From Lytechinus pictus (Eukaryota): a DNA stretch of 64,000 nt. The notes beneath the pieces were generated by a model. The model made no database searches. It was not told the origin of the DNA and saw only the letters and a list, made by a program, of their open reading frames with translations. The stretch is taken from NCBI RefSeq assembly GCF_037042905.1, contig NC_087250.1, positions 4,280,001 to 4,344,000 of the forward strand, in the 5' to 3' direction. How positions within the stretch are numbered: position 1 is the first letter of the stretch; each line of letters begins with the position of its first letter. Below are positions 1 to 13,759 of the stretch, one piece after another. The translations under genes and the position numbers were made by a program.

Positions 1-641
1 TTCTTTTAAAAATTATCGTGGACCTAACCCTTTTGTAACTAAACTGAAATGAATCCAATCTATATTGATTAAAAAAAGTAATTTTCTTTGCCACTTTTAT
101 TCACGTTTTCATGTGAATTTCAAATTTTTGTTGTTTTCATCAGAATGACTAAAAATTTAGAGGTTTTGAGACAAAATACAATGAAAATTTATGAACAATG
201 GACCTACCACCTAACCCCTTTTGACAAATTAGCTCTTCAGAATAGTTTGTTTTCAAAAGGGGTTAGGTCCACTCCAAGAAAATCATTTTTTTAATTCTCC
301 AATATTGCATATTCTTATGCGAAACTAAATTTTCAAGATTCCCTACCATGACAACATAAAATTGAGTATAACAGAAATCTACCTTTATTCATATTTTAAA
401 AAATATTCTTTTCCCAAAAAAAAATCGGTGTGGACCAAACCCCTTTTGCAACTAAACTGAAATGGACCTGACCCCTTTTGAAAAAAAAAGTGATTTTCTT
501 TGCCATTTGTTATCACTTTAAATAGGAATTTCAACTTTTCTTTAGTATCATCTTATAGAGCTACTAAAAATATATACATTGAGACCAAAAAATCAAATTT
601 GATGAAAAATGGACCTAACCCCTTTTGCAAGTGAGCTCTTC
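1..641. mobile_element. Non-autonomous DNA transposon (GAAGAG...CTCTTC family, Sola1-like), left part outside window
   Basis: Ends ...GCAAGTGAGCTCTTC followed by AATT. Internal repeats of GGACCTAACCCCTTTT. Colinear with the full copy at 27025-27812. Confidence 0.75.
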
Positions 642-1092
642 AATTGTTAATAATTTTAGAGGAAATTATTGGGGTATACATTATTCGCGAATCAAAATGC
701 ACAGCGCTGGCTGGTAGGTTTTGACAATCAAACTTAAAAATGGAAATTATGAGAACTTTATGGAATACACGAAAAAATGGAAAGAGAAAATTCAGTTTTG
801 GGGCACATATTCAGGCCTGAAATTCACTTATTTATCCAAATGTTTTATACAAAATAAAAGACCAATATGAAAAAAAAAATCTAATTGTACAATATTTATT
901 TTAGCTTAAGGATAAAGAAGGTTAATTTCTAGAGAAAGAAAATCTCACGATTCACGAGATTTTGCAGGGAGGATTCAGCAACGAGAGGAAAGGTATGAAT
1001 GTGGCCTATTTGCTCATTAAAATAGGGACCTGCGGTCTGACTGATAAATATGTGGACTGCTATGACAGGCAAGATTGTTTCTGAAGGCTTAA

Positions 1093-1487
1093 AGAGAAAT
1101 TTCAGTAGTTGCAGTAAACACTGATTTCATGAGAAAGTCTGTAAAACCAGGCTTAATTGTCAGTATATCATCGAGGATCTAGATCTGGTACAGTTACATA
1201 AGCTGAACTTTGTGAAATCTTGAAATCTACGCTGAATAATGTTCAGACTGAACTTCCCCAACACAGATAAGCGCACGTGGGACAGTGTATAATTATTGCT
1301 TTGAGCGTCGGGCCCGACGCTCTACCCGAATCCTGTGCTTATTTGCTGATTTCTCAGCAATTACACAATTTCTTCCAGAATCATTTGGCACATGCGTTTT
1401 ATTTATACGAATAGACACTTTGGTGGTCATTTCATTGGATTTTGTATGAACTCATTTTGATATCGTTACCAAAACTAGCATTTACCT
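1093..1487. mobile_element. ~395-bp MITE with TTAA TSD (Kolobok-like AG...CT termini), copy 1
   Basis: TTAA at 1089-1092 and 1488-1491. Highly similar direct copy at 2080-2478. Confidence 0.8.
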
Positions 1488-2079
1488 TTAAGGGAACCGT
1501 AAACGCAACTTTGCTCGAGGGCAGGATTTTGCCGGTGCGGTACCCGCTAGCCAAAAGAAACAACCATGTCCATGTCTCAAATATCAAAGCAGTCCTTTTT
1601 ATGACCCGAATTAATAATAAGCCTAACTTCTCCAAACTAGTCTAAATCTAAGTCAAATCTAAGATTAAACGAAACAACAAACGTTAACTATAACGTTAGG
1701 TCTGGATCTAGATCTATATCATTATTCCCTAATGTAACTTAGATAATAGCCGAACTCATACTTTGCAAGCATATGGCTTGAACAACTTAAACAAGGTTTG
1801 ATGAATTAATTATTGGACTCAGCTTTATGCAAGGTTGGATATAACCAAAGATACTACAAGGGGAAGATCGGACAGTACATAGACCGCGTAATGGAACGCT
1901 TGCGAAGAGCGCCCTACAGCGTTGAGTAAGTAAGGACTCTTCTTGTTTACCTTTGTGTTTAGCGATCTGGGTCCCGTAACAAGCTTAGCTGCATGATCGT
2001 CGAACATTTTTCTACGATTGATTCCATTGGCTGTAGTGTACATTCAATCGTGAAAATCAAGCGTACGATCAATTCTTAA

Positions 2080-2478
2080 AGAGATATTCCATGCAGTAGT
2101 TGCAGTAAACACTGATTTCATGAGAAAGTCTGTAAAACAAGGCTTAATTGTCAGTATATCATCGAGGATCTAGATCTGGTACAGTTACATAAACTGAACT
2201 TCGTGAAATCTTGAAATCTACGCTGAAAAATATTCAGACTGAAGATCCCCAACACAGATAAGCGCGCGTGGGACAGTGTATAATTATTGCTTTGAATGTC
2301 GTGCCCGACGCTCTACCCGAATCCTGTGCTTATTTGATAATTTCTTAGCAATTACACAATTTCTTCCAGAATCCTTTGGCACATTTGCTTTATTTATACA
2401 AACAGACACTTTGGTGGTCATTTCATTTGATTCTGTACGAACTCATTTTGATATCGTTACCAAAACTAGCATTTACCT
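2080..2478. mobile_element. ~400-bp TTAA MITE, copy 2, nested in a ~130-bp GGGTCCCGTAAC-type MITE (1968-2500)
   Basis: TTAA TSD at 2076-2079 and 2479-2482. The host MITE resumes as ACTTTGTGTTACG after the TSD. Confidence 0.8.
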
Positions 2479-3069
2479 TTAAACTTTGTGTTACGTGGTC
2501 ACGGTACCCTGGTTGTGTACAACACATTTGAGAGAATGGTGAAAGTGTGAAGGAATAGACGATTTTTACATTTTAAGATTTTTTTCTCCAATTTTGTGAT
2601 GAATACATTCAGAGGTTTCTGAGAAATAAAATGTGGAATTATTCCATACGCCGCCCTTGTGCCCTCTCCCAAATCCCTTCTCTCATTTTATCCATTTGTT
2701 TTTTACACATCCGCGTGCCGATGTGCGAAGGTTTACTTACTCAACGTTAATGGGCGTCCTTCCCAATGAACATTTGTCGAGTGTTTCAAAAAATCACCGA
2801 CATGTCCGATTTCCCCCTTGTAATATCTTTGATATGAAATATAGGAAAGATTGTCACTCCTCCAAACTTTAAATATTTTCAATTTATCATTTCATATTAG
2901 GAGTGTAGGTCGCATCTTTACATTGGCAAAGAATGAAGAGGATCTAACCCTAGAAGTCCTTCGGGGATGGGGCGAAGTTAAAGGTCGGTCCATACGTAAA
3001 TCCTTTTTATCTGATTGATATGGTGTCGGGTGAGATTGTAGCCTGCGAAAACCTGATAAACCATACATA

Positions 3070-3182
3070 CACAAATGCAGACAAACGCCTTGCCAAAGGA
3101 AGCGAGTACTGCTGTAGGATTCGAACCCCGAACCTTGTGGTTCAAAGTTCAGAGAGACCTATCCACTGAATCACAACACCTC
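3070..3182 (-). mobile_element. tRNA-derived SINE head
   Basis: Minus strand shows A-box-like GTGATTCAGTGGATAGG and B-box GGTTCGAATCC. Homologous to the SINE at 44150-44380. Its 5' end is split by the hAT-like insertion. Confidence 0.65.
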
Positions 3183-4635
3183 CAGTGGCGTAACAGGCGG
3201 GGGGGGGGGGGGGGGGCAGGGGTGGGGAAAGTTGCCCCCCCGGCGGATTTCACCGGGAAAATAAAAGAAAAGCGGGAAAAAGAAGAAAAAAAGGAGGGAG
3301 AAAGAAAGGGAAAGGGAAAAGAAAACGAAGAAAAAACATTTTTTTTAATGGAAAAGGAAGGAAAGCTGGAAAATGTACGAAAGAACATTAAAGAACAAAT
3401 CATTCCGAAATAGGCCTATGTAATGCAATAGCACGATGGGAAATGAATTAAAAGATGACAAAATGGCAACCAATAGCGGGAAAACGAAGGTAGAGAGTAA
3501 TTTTCAAAAGCTAAATCGGAAAAGAAAAGAGACAAGGAAAAAAATAACACGACCGGGCTGCTGATGATTGAAATTAAAGAGCGGGAAAAAAGATGGACTG
3601 CATACATCATTGTGCTATAAGCTTGCTAAATTTCATGCAAATAAGCTACCGGGGCCCCAGACCCCACGCAGTAGGGGCTCTTCGTATTTATAACCTTCAA
3701 ATGCATGGCTCTATAACGCCCCCGTTCAATCACAATCAGTCACGGGCATACAGGCGGGGGGGGGGGGGGGGGAGGGGTCTTGGTTCCACACTCAAGAGAA
3801 AATAAAAGAAATTGTAGGAGACAACGTATAATGAAATAAATGGAAACATTGAAATGCGTTATTTGCTGAATATGATGGAAAAAGCTATCACATTATTAGA
3901 ATTTAATTTCAATTGCCAATATTTTTCCAGCTTGCTTTGCATGCTGGCGACTTTTTTTAAACAAATCTTCCCACATTGCTATGTTTTGCCCCTTCAAAAT
4001 ATTTTCTTCATTATGGAAGCCGGTTGAATAAATGTGTTGTGTAAAAGCTATATTCTGTAACCCTATAGCCCCAAAAAGTTCTACAAACAAGAATAAAAAG
4101 GGAGAAAAGAAAAGCAAAGGAAAAGTGCAGGATATGATTTTATTTACTGAGTATAATGTCAAGAAATAGCTCAAAGTTAGATTCTCATGAAATGGTGGTT
4201 TTTTCTCGCTCGCCTCGCTCGCTCGAGACTTATATAAAGCAGCATTTTAGTAAATGTGCTATAGTGCTCCCCTGTTTTTTTTCCTTTTTTACTCTTCACG
4301 CTACTGCCACCAAGAATCCTGTTCACAGTGGCGTACAGACCACAAAAAAGGAATCTAAAGAGAGAAGAGTGAAATATAATATTCTGTGGATATCAATCAT
4401 GTCAAAATCTATCACATATTTGGATTTTTGTAGTAAAAAGGTGAAAAATTTTGGTCGCTCGCTTCGCTCGCTCGCAACTGTTTTCAAAGATAAATTCTGC
4501 CCGATGCGCAATATCTGGCATTCTCAAAATAGTCACCTCATTACACCATTACGCGTGTTCATACCATGATATGACCGGGACATTTTGGGCTCTTGCCCCC
4601 CCCCCCCCTGGCCACTGACCCCTGTTACGCCGCTG
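3183..4635. mobile_element. 1.45-kb non-autonomous hAT-like element
   Basis: TIR CAGTGGCGTAACAGG / CCTGTTACGCCGCTG. Exact 8-bp TSD AACACCTC at 3175-3182 and 4636-4643. Confidence 0.85.
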
Positions 4636-4667
4636 AACACCTCTACAAAGACCTCTAGATAACTCAC

Positions 4668-4872
4668 CTCCAAACGCCATCATGGAAACCGGCATGCTAC
4701 AAGCTAGGCCCAGTGTCACTAGTGACGAGGCATCAGTTGTAAACACATCTAACATGGTCGGGATCAACACTCCGAACGACTTCATTGTGGCTACCTCAAC
4801 GAACTGGACGACGAATTTACTCAAGACGATCATATACTTCCATTTATCTTGTGACTCACAAATATGCCCCAT
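4668..4872 (-). CDS. First coding exon of an MFS transporter, SLC16/monocarboxylate-transporter-like (remaining exons not found; presumably left of the window)
   Basis: MGHICESQDKWKYMIVLSKFVVQFVEVATMKSFGVLIPTMLDVFTTDASSLVTLGLACSMPVSMMAFG resembles SLC16 TM1-TM2 (W..V...F......KSFGV). Ends at a phase-1 donor G|GTGAGT. Confidence 0.75.
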
Positions 4873-6986
4873 CTCGAACAACAATCACCTTTGCTAAGGA
4901 ACGCTAGCGCGTTTGCTCTTGACAGATATAAAATTATTCTTGAATTGCAGCGGAATTATGTATATGTATAAATATATATATGTCTACCCTTATTTGAGTA
5001 TTTGGTTCACAATCAATGTTTCCGCTTTGAAATATGGCCCTGAGCTTCAGAGTTAACCTTTGTTATCACGTATATTGACAAAAGGCTTTTATATATTATC
5101 AATCTTTTGATGAATTGAATATTTATATATATTTTTTTTAGAAAGCCTATTCATTGTCCCTTTTATGCTTTAATGATTCTTGCATCCAGAATATAGGCCA
5201 TTCATGCCACTGAGGGGCACAGCGGGGTGAACTTAACAGCCCTATTTTGCAAAAGGGGGGCAGGTTCATGATGACCCAAATTATTTTAGGGCTGGTATTC
5301 TGATAAATGAACCTTGATCAAATTCAAGTATGAACTAAAATCTTAGATCAGACTTTTGCAGAAACGTGGGAGTCATAATTCTTATGTATTCATTTCAAAG
5401 ATAATTTTTCAAGTAATTGATTTTAAATTCATAATATTTTCGAATTATTCCCATTTTACGGCAAATATATTTATATAACAACTTTCTGCCGCCGGATTTA
5501 ATGAGTTTTATTTGAATGGTCGGCAACTGATACTCGAGAGTGATTAATATACCATTATTACCTGCCTTTCTTCCTTTCACTTATCATTTGCTTTCATCAT
5601 ATGTACATTATCGTGTATCTTTACGTGCAAAAAACACATCTCCTAATTAAAAGGTTTATTATAAATAATATTGTAGTACACCCTTCAGCAAATTTCTCTA
5701 ATTGTACCCTCCTGCACAAGCAGTCACTTTACTTTCTGAATACGCAATCTTTACCAACATATTCACACTACCACCACCCCCTGCCTAACACATAACCTTG
5801 ATCGCTCCTTGGCACAATTTTAATATTAAAGTGAATAAAGTGAGTATTTCTTATATTAGTTTATTTTTTGCCTCCTGCAATAACTATGAACACTGAAGCA
5901 CATGGAGTGAGAGAAAAAAAGTCATGATTTCTCCGGATAAACACCTGGAATTCAATACATAAACAAAACTAATGTACATGTATAGTAGACAGAGTAGTTT
6001 ATTCAGTACATTGTTGCTGTTTTTTATGTAGATCGAACCTCATTTATATGATACAAAGATTAAACTTACTGTCTACAGTTATCACTATGGATGGTAAGTA
6101 ACTCTGTATAAAAACATACAAATAATGGATTGAAAAAAAAGCATAATACCACAGGCAATTATAAATATAATTATTTCTGAAAGAAATTAAAGAAGGATGA
6201 TTCAATCATAATAATAATAATATTAAACAAATGATAATACTGATAGTTTGCAACAATATAGTTCTCATCACAAAAATGTATCTAAGTGCCTATGAAAATA
6301 GCTGGAAAGTAAAATGATATTCACCAAAATGAAATTATATGATTTAAATTTGACACATTTGGGAGCTGCATATGAAGGCAAATTACCATTTAATGAACAA
6401 ATAGGTCTTAAAATTGAAATCATGATGATTTAAACATTGATTAAAATACACGACAATAGACTTGAATAATAATAATGACCTAAACCCATCTCTTGGTAAA
6501 ACTAATTAAGCATGATAAAATTCTTGCTTATTAGCCCATCCTGTGTGTCATTTATATCCTGGAATTCCACCCAGAAGTACCAAACCTTTTATCAAACAAG
6601 AAAAATATTGTGAATTTGGGTTTTAAAATTTTCTGAATACGCAGCTTACAGTGACTTGAGTACTGAAACAACAACTTTATATGCTAGTCTTGTGCGAAAA
6701 CCCATCAGGATCTGTGTCTGCAGACTATAAACCATAGACACCCGTCGATCCACCTAGGCTATTAGAGAGAGGCATACGTATAATTAATCTCATTTTATGT
6801 TTGTTCATTCTCTTTCGTGGTATGACATGTATGATGAGGAAGAGCTTTGAAACTATTATTTTATGAACTATGTTTTCGATGTTTAATTTGGCAAGTTTGT
6901 ATAAAAATACATAACATTATCATAATATGCAAAAGATAGAACGACTCGAGCTTGATATGATAAACCCATGAAAGCTAAAGGTCTAA

Positions 6987-7287
6987 AGGTGACATCGCTC
7001 CGTGCAAGCATTGCGGGTGAGTCGCGGGCAAATATTTTCAAGCACACAAGAAAGTTTTTGCGGGCAAACAATAATTTTCAAAAGTTCTGCGGGCGGGACG
7101 CGTGCAATTTACTCTCGACTTGCGTGCATTGCTTGTGCCCAGCGGGCGAGGCAGAGGATGGCGCGTGCATGCTTCTGTGTAAGTTGTGGGCGACATACGT
7201 GCCCTGAATGCTATCTACTACCAACCTACATCAAATATGCGTGTTACTTGCGTGCAAATCGCGTTTCGGTTGCCTGGTGATATCACC
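6987..7287. mobile_element. GC-rich MITE (Harbinger-like)
   Basis: Imperfect TIR GGTGACATCGC / GTGATATCACC. GC-rich interior resembles the element at 39395-40079. Confidence 0.45.
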
Positions 7288-7469
7288 ATGGTGATTAGCA
7301 GAGGTGCTCAACTATTATCTTGGCCGCAATCAACCCGCAACTAGCCAGTAGAAAGACAGTTTTGCAGCTACCACAGGAAAGGACATTTCACCAGCACGTT
7401 TCTCGGAAAGGTGCTGAATAAGCCAGATTGATGGTGATAAACGAGTATTACGGAGTTTATAATCTTATC

Positions 7470-9380
7470 ATTATAATCCGGACTTCGGTGATTGAGATAC
7501 TTGAAGACTAGCGGCACAATTTCGAAGGCTATACTCTGTCTCACAGGCAACCAATGGAGTTGCAGTCAGAGAGATTCTCTGCGAGTCCGAAAGAGAGCAG
7601 AAAAAGCAAGCCTAGCAAATGAGCAGCTGAAGTCGGTCTAACTCATTCTGGCCAAGAAACACTGAATATACCATAATTGCAGTAGTCCTGTCTGGATAGA
7701 ACAAGAGCCCTGACAACAGCATGGCATGTTTTCTTATTAACGAAACGTCTCACTCTCCAGAGGATATAATATTTGACGTTTCCGCAGACCAAGTTCGACG
7801 TGATGGCTGAGGTTCGCAGAACGGCTAAAATGTTTTTTCCGAGATTGTGAATATACTTCCATGGCTGGAATTGATGTTCTCATTTATTGTCAGTCTAACA
7901 TCCTCAATGGAATCATATGATAGATGATGCGGAGAAGCAAAGATAAAAAAATAGTATTTGCATCATTGAATTTGAGCTTGTTTGAATTCATTCACTCATG
8001 AATTTCAGTGATACAGCAGCCGACCTTGTGAACAGCATAACCAACATTTGGAGCAATCATTGTGTATATCTGAATGTTATCTGCATACATTTGGAAGGAA
8101 ACATCATGAGAACGAAAAATACATCCGATCGACAACAGCGGTCAGATGACGGAACCTTTAAGAACGCCATATTGCAATATATGTGGTCTGGAACCGACCA
8201 GACACAAGTACACTGTCCTCTAAAAAAGATTTAAGAATTTCTAGGGCAATCCTTCCAACCCGACAGTTGGAGACGATTCAGCAGATTTGAGTGGTCAACT
8301 GTGTCATAGGCAGCTGTTGAGTTAAGCAGGACCATCATTGTCTCATTCTGCTTGTCAATAGCCTGAAGTATGTCAGTCTGAATTTTAAATAGTGCTGTTT
8401 CCGTGCTGTGATGTTCCTCGTATGCTGTCTGTAGAGGCTCAGCAACAAGACCATTGTCCTGAATGTGCTCAGTTTATTGTCTACGCATAACCCGCTCAAT
8501 GATCCTCGACCTAAATTTTATGTTCGAAGCCGGGCGAGAACTCTGCAAGGCATTATTATCTAATGATGCCTTCTTGATGACTGTCAACATTATCGCTTCT
8601 TTCGTATCTGTAGGAAACACACCACTGGTCAATTCAAAGTTAATAAGGCGCACAAGTTCATGAAATACAACACTAAGATGTTTCCCTAGCCACGTTGGTA
8701 ATAAGAGAACAACTTTTTGAAGAGGAACTCTTATGATTATACCTCACTTTCTTCTCACTTACTTCAGCAAAATCAAGAAAGTGATAGAGCTACTATCTGA
8801 ATACCACAAGATGGTGTCATCAGGGGAGCGTTTCATCAACATTTATGTCCGACAAGTTGTCAGATCTGACAACTTTCCTTGATTCTGATTGGCTGGAAAG
8901 CACAGTTACTATGGTAACTGTCGGATAAAACAAAACTTGTCAGATAAAACGTCCGACAAGTCCTTTCATGAAACGCTTCCCAGGTCTGGATTTGTATCAG
9001 ATACGACCAATTTAGATCATCGTTGCATGCGAAATTAAGTAGACTGACAATGAACCAATCAGAATTGTTCTTTGAAATCAGCGATCAATTGCTAACCTTT
9101 GTGTTACGGGACCCAGGTCTGGATTTGTATCAGGATCATTACTATCAAGTTCACTCTGAATATTCAACACCTTGTCAGAGAAGAACTTTGGAAATCTATC
9201 TCCTAATTCTTCTGGAAGATCATGTACTGGTAGAATTGTTTCATTTATAGTGTTCAGCAACTTGCTGAGAACATGAAAGGCAGTTTTAGGTAGTACAATC
9301 AGCTAAAACATCGGTGAAATATTCATGTTTTGCCATTGTGATTGTGATACATATTTTGATCTCCAGTTGCACAGCATGAA
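7470..9380 (-). pseudogene. Decayed L2/CR1-group LINE ORF2 (reverse transcriptase) fragment
   Basis: Minus-strand translation gives QTAYEEHHSTETALFKIQTDILQAID...AAYDTVDHSNLLNRL, FQMYADNIQIY (degenerate YADD), NKLKFND, LSRQDYCN and LHWLPVRQSIAFEIVPLVFK. Frameshifts and stops present. Interrupted by MITEs at 8824-8980 and ~9003-9115. Confidence 0.9.
8824..8980. mobile_element. ~160-bp MITE with CAG flanks (Harbinger-like family; relatives at 41604-41775, 49479-49634, 51864-52030)
   Basis: TIR GGGAGCGTTTCAT / ATGAAACGCTTCC with CAG on both sides. Confidence 0.75.
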
Positions 9381-10088
9381 GAGCAGTCCAGGAGCCCGTA
9401 ACACAAAGCTAAGCAATGATCGTATAACAAATTTTCACGATTGATTGCATTGACTACAATGTACAATCAATCGTAAAAGTCAAACGTACGATCAATCGTT
9501 ATGCTTTGTGTTACTGAGCCCGGGTGTCCCATCAGTCTAAATTATTTTTCCTTCATTTTCTCTCACAGCGACGGCGTAAACGACACGAATCCTCAATGGT
9601 TGAGTTGTACCAATTGGGCCTACGTCGTGCCTTCACAATATTCCCCACTTTTCGCTGTGCAACGCGAACTGACTTTAGGACGGTATATTGATTTTGGAAG
9701 AGACTTTTGGGCCCGTCGTAAAACACTGTCATGCAATGCAAGTTGTGTGACATAAGAGTGTGTTTTTTACGTTATGCATCCGCAACGGAAACATTCAATG
9801 TGCGTTTCGTGTGCAAAATTCTGGCTGGCACTCTGGTAACAGCGATACATCCGATTTAGGACGAGTTTCCAGAGCCACATTTGGTTCCTCCCTTGAGCTC
9901 GAAGGGCCGCCCAGGGGCACTTCCATTGACCAGGCGCGACCACGCGTAAAAAGGGAAAGAGTAAGCACGTACGTTACGTATAGGCCTATGTAATGTTATA
10001 AGGGTGTCAAAAACGATGTTTTTGACAAAAAGGGATATTTTTCAAATACTTGTTAAGGGTAGGGTTTCACTCGCCAAATACTTGTTAA

Positions 10089-11022
10089 GGACGTTCCACA
10101 GTTAAAGTGAAATCCATGTCATTTTCACCAAACTTTGCACATAGATACTTTAGAACCTTAATGTTCGAAATATGCAAAAATTAACATAGGTCCATGTGCT
10201 TGATTTTTTGCTATAGAGCTTCAAAGTTCAACCAAATTAATGTTCTTAAGAATTGCGCATTCAAAAGAATTTGGCATTTTTAGACCGCCCAAGATTACTA
10301 CAATGAGTTTAAACCTCTATTACTCAGTCAAAATACATGAAAAAGTCATCAAATTTCGCAAGTGAGTTGATAATTGTATCGTCAGAATGGAGAATTAATT
10401 TATAGTGCTATTTGTTTGCAATTTTAAGTCTAACAGCAATGTGAATTCTTAAAAATGGCGTAAAAGATAACAAAATCCCAATCTAAAAAAATGTGAAATT
10501 TCAGTAACAAACTACAAAAGTACAATAAATGCTGCACTTTATTCAAAATCCATGTCATTTTTACCAAAATTTGCAGAGTTGTAGAAAAAGGTATACCTAA
10601 GAGGTACAAACATTAAAAAATAGGGGTTCATGTGCTTGTTTTTAAACTATCAGCAATTTTATTAGAGCAAATGTGCTTTTCAAACACCAAAAATGCGCCG
10701 AATGCTTTGTATCTATGTAAAGAAAAAATCAAAACCACTTTACCATTTATTCAAACTCGGGATAATATTCGTGATTCTTGGCAGTACTGCAGAGTAAAGT
10801 ATTTTGAAATTGTAAAGAATTTTTTTTAATGGTCCATGGAATAATTCCATGTTTTAGCTTCATGAAATAACGCATCGGATCTGCAGTTAAAGTGCAGAAG
10901 ATAAGAAAAATCAGCTCATACCCGCAGCTAGTTAATCACCTGTTCATCCATTGTGACGTCAGCACGCAGAGTGTAAACTATGTGCAGAACATAATGCGCA
11001 CAAACATAACTGTGGAACGTCC
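10089..11022. mobile_element. 934-bp non-autonomous element with TTAA TSD (Kolobok-like GG...CC)
   Basis: Perfect TIR GGACGTTCCACAGTTA / TAACTGTGGAACGTCC with TTAA on both sides. Empty site visible in the paralogous copy near 40480-40500. Confidence 0.9.
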
Positions 11023-12364
11023 TTAAGGGATGCATTTTCATAATCTGGAAAAGACTTGCTTCCCTTGTTTAGGGTGCATTTTGAAACCCCATGGTCGCGC
11101 CTGGTATCGGCTCGTCAATGGAAGTGGTCCCTCATGAATTTGAATCTAATCCCCCATTTCGGGGGAAAGTAAAATATAATGCCCATCACGTTGTGTGCGA
11201 AATGGCTTACCATTTGTGTAGGAGGAGCAAGCAAAAGAAAAAAAAACACGCAAATTCGGATGGTTTTCAGACGGTAGGCCTATTGCACATGCTGTGTACA
11301 CACCACCGCATGCGAAATGGTTTAGCTGGATTGGTAATCTTACCCATGGAATCAAATACCAGCGATCAACCAACAATCCACATGAGATGCAACATCGATT
11401 CGATGGACTGTAATAATTGTGTACGTTTTTCCTCACTCGATATGTACTCGATTTGTTTGAAAAACCACGTTCTTATCCATGTCATAATCTACGTTTCGCA
11501 CGTCTCCAGCCAGCTGCCAGAGTACATGGCATGCATAGTGTCGCATGAAATAACTTTGCACACAAAAAGCAGATCTATGGGGCCTGTAACACAAAGTTTA
11601 GCAATGATTTTTGAACAGTTTTCTACGTTTGATTCTATTGACTGTACTGTACAGTCAATCTTAAAAATCGACTGTATGATTTATCGTTAACCTTTGTGTT
11701 ACTGGACCCTAATGACGCGTCCCCGAGGTTTGCGAAAACTCGGTATTGAGTCTTCACAGAACGACGCAAACGGACCTCTGTAACGCCAGTTGATTTTGGA
11801 AGAGACGTTTGGTCCCGTCGTTAAAGTTGTCCTGCAACACAAATTGTGTGACATGGACTTTTCGCAACCCGAACGGGGACGTTAGATCTGCGGTTCGTGT
11901 GCAAACTTCTTGTTGCTACTATGATTTTTTGTGCAACTGTCGAGAGCCACATGGGCGTCGTCGCAGAACTCGAGAGCGTCTATATGTAATATGGAAGCAA
12001 CAGCCAATGAGGTCGCCTGTAGATTTTTGTTATTGCTTACACCCTGTTCAGGAAACCTATGCCCAAAAATGAATTCCTGATTTTCCCATTAAAACAAAAT
12101 TTTCATCAAAATATAGGTCTCTAATGGATTCAGGATTTGAGAATAAATATAACGTAGTAATCAACACATCTCGGTATAATTTTCTAACAGTGTAATAATG
12201 ATTTTAATTCTAATCCCCCATTTTGGGGGAAAGTAAAGCATAAAGCTCACGGGGCATATGTCATCATTGTGTACAAGATAGCTTTCCGTTTGTGTAGCCA
12301 GAACAAAATAGAGGGAAAAAAACTCGAGACGAATTTCAGCTGTGTAGATCAACACATGCGACAC

Positions 12365-13759
12365 TATGAGGCGCCGATTGTACCAATATTATATAGAACA
12401 ATTATTTGTTATATAATCATTATTTATTAAATAATAACTATTATTTATATAAAATTTACATTTTATTTGTAAATAATTAATATTATATAAAATAACATTT
12501 CTAATTATTTATATATAATTCCAAGTAATACTTCATTATTTGTAAATAATAATAGTTCGACATTCCATTATTTATAAGTAATGATTATTTGTTTTTCATT
12601 ATTAATAAAAAATGATTATTTGATTTTCATTATTTATGAATAATGATTATTTGTTTTTTATTATTTATAAATAATGATTATTTGTTTTTCATTATTGATA
12701 AAAAATGATTTTTGTTTTTCATTATTTATGAATAATGACACTACATACTTCATTATTTATGAATAATTGCAATTCGTTTTACCATTATTCATAAATAAGT
12801 TTGTCAAGTTTTCTATTATTTATAAATAATAATTATTTATTAACAATGCCGTAGTGCACATTTCCTTATTTATAAATAATTTGTTGAGTTTCCCATTATT
12901 TATAAATAATGATTATTTGTTAAATAATGAAAACGTCTACTTCATTATTTATAAACAATTTTTTCGAGTGCGCCATTATTCTCATTATTTATAAATAATC
13001 ATTATTTAATGTTCGATTTTTCCATTATTTATAGATAATGGTTATTTGTACATAAATGAATATTATTCATTCATTATTTAACAAATAATCATTATTCATA
13101 AATAATGGGAAACTCAACAAATTATTTATAGATAAAAAAATGTGCACTATGGCATTGTTAATAAATAATTATTATTTATAAATAATAGAAAACTTGACAA
13201 ACTTATTATAAATAATGGAAAAACTAATTGCAATTATTTATAAATAATGGAGTATGTAGTGTCATTATTTATAAATAATAAAAAACAAAAATCATTATTT
13301 GTAAATAATAAAAAAAAAATAATGATTATTTATAAATAATCAAAAATAATTAATTATTTTTAATAGATAATGAAAAACAAATAATCATTATTTATGAATA
13401 ATGAAAAACAAATAATCATTATTTATAAATAATGAAAAACAAAGAATCATTATTTATAAATAATGAAAAACAAAGAATCATTATTTATAAATAATGAAAA
13501 ACAAATAATCATTATTTATAAATAATGAAAAACAAATAATCATTATTTATAAATAATGGAATGTCGAACTGTTATTATTTACAAATAATGAAGTATTACT
13601 TGGCATTATAGATAAATAATTAGAAATGTTATTTTATATAATAGTAATTATTTACAAATAAAATTTAAATTATATATAAATAATAGTTATTATTTAATAA
13701 ATAATGATTATATAACAAATAGTTGTTCTATGTAATATTGGTACAATCGGCGCCTCATA
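12365..13759. mobile_element. 1.4-kb AT-rich foldback element, IS3EU-like termini
   Basis: TIR TATGAGGCGCCGATTGTACCAATATTA / TAATATTGGTACAATCGGCGCCTCATA. 6-bp TSD CGACAC (12359-12364, 13760-13765). Arms built of ~30-bp ATAATGAAAAACAAATAATCATTATTTATA repeats. Confidence 0.9.

Noticed and set aside
3075..3413. Lys/Glu-rich 112-aa ORF
   Set aside because: Translation of a purine-rich low-complexity tract within the SINE/hAT-like elements.
11091..11690. 199-aa ORF, with similar peptides in ORFs 38942-39214 and 40670-41218
   Set aside because: Lies in the composite repeat and runs through a MITE. The frame is not conserved between copies, so the peptide similarity only reflects DNA similarity.
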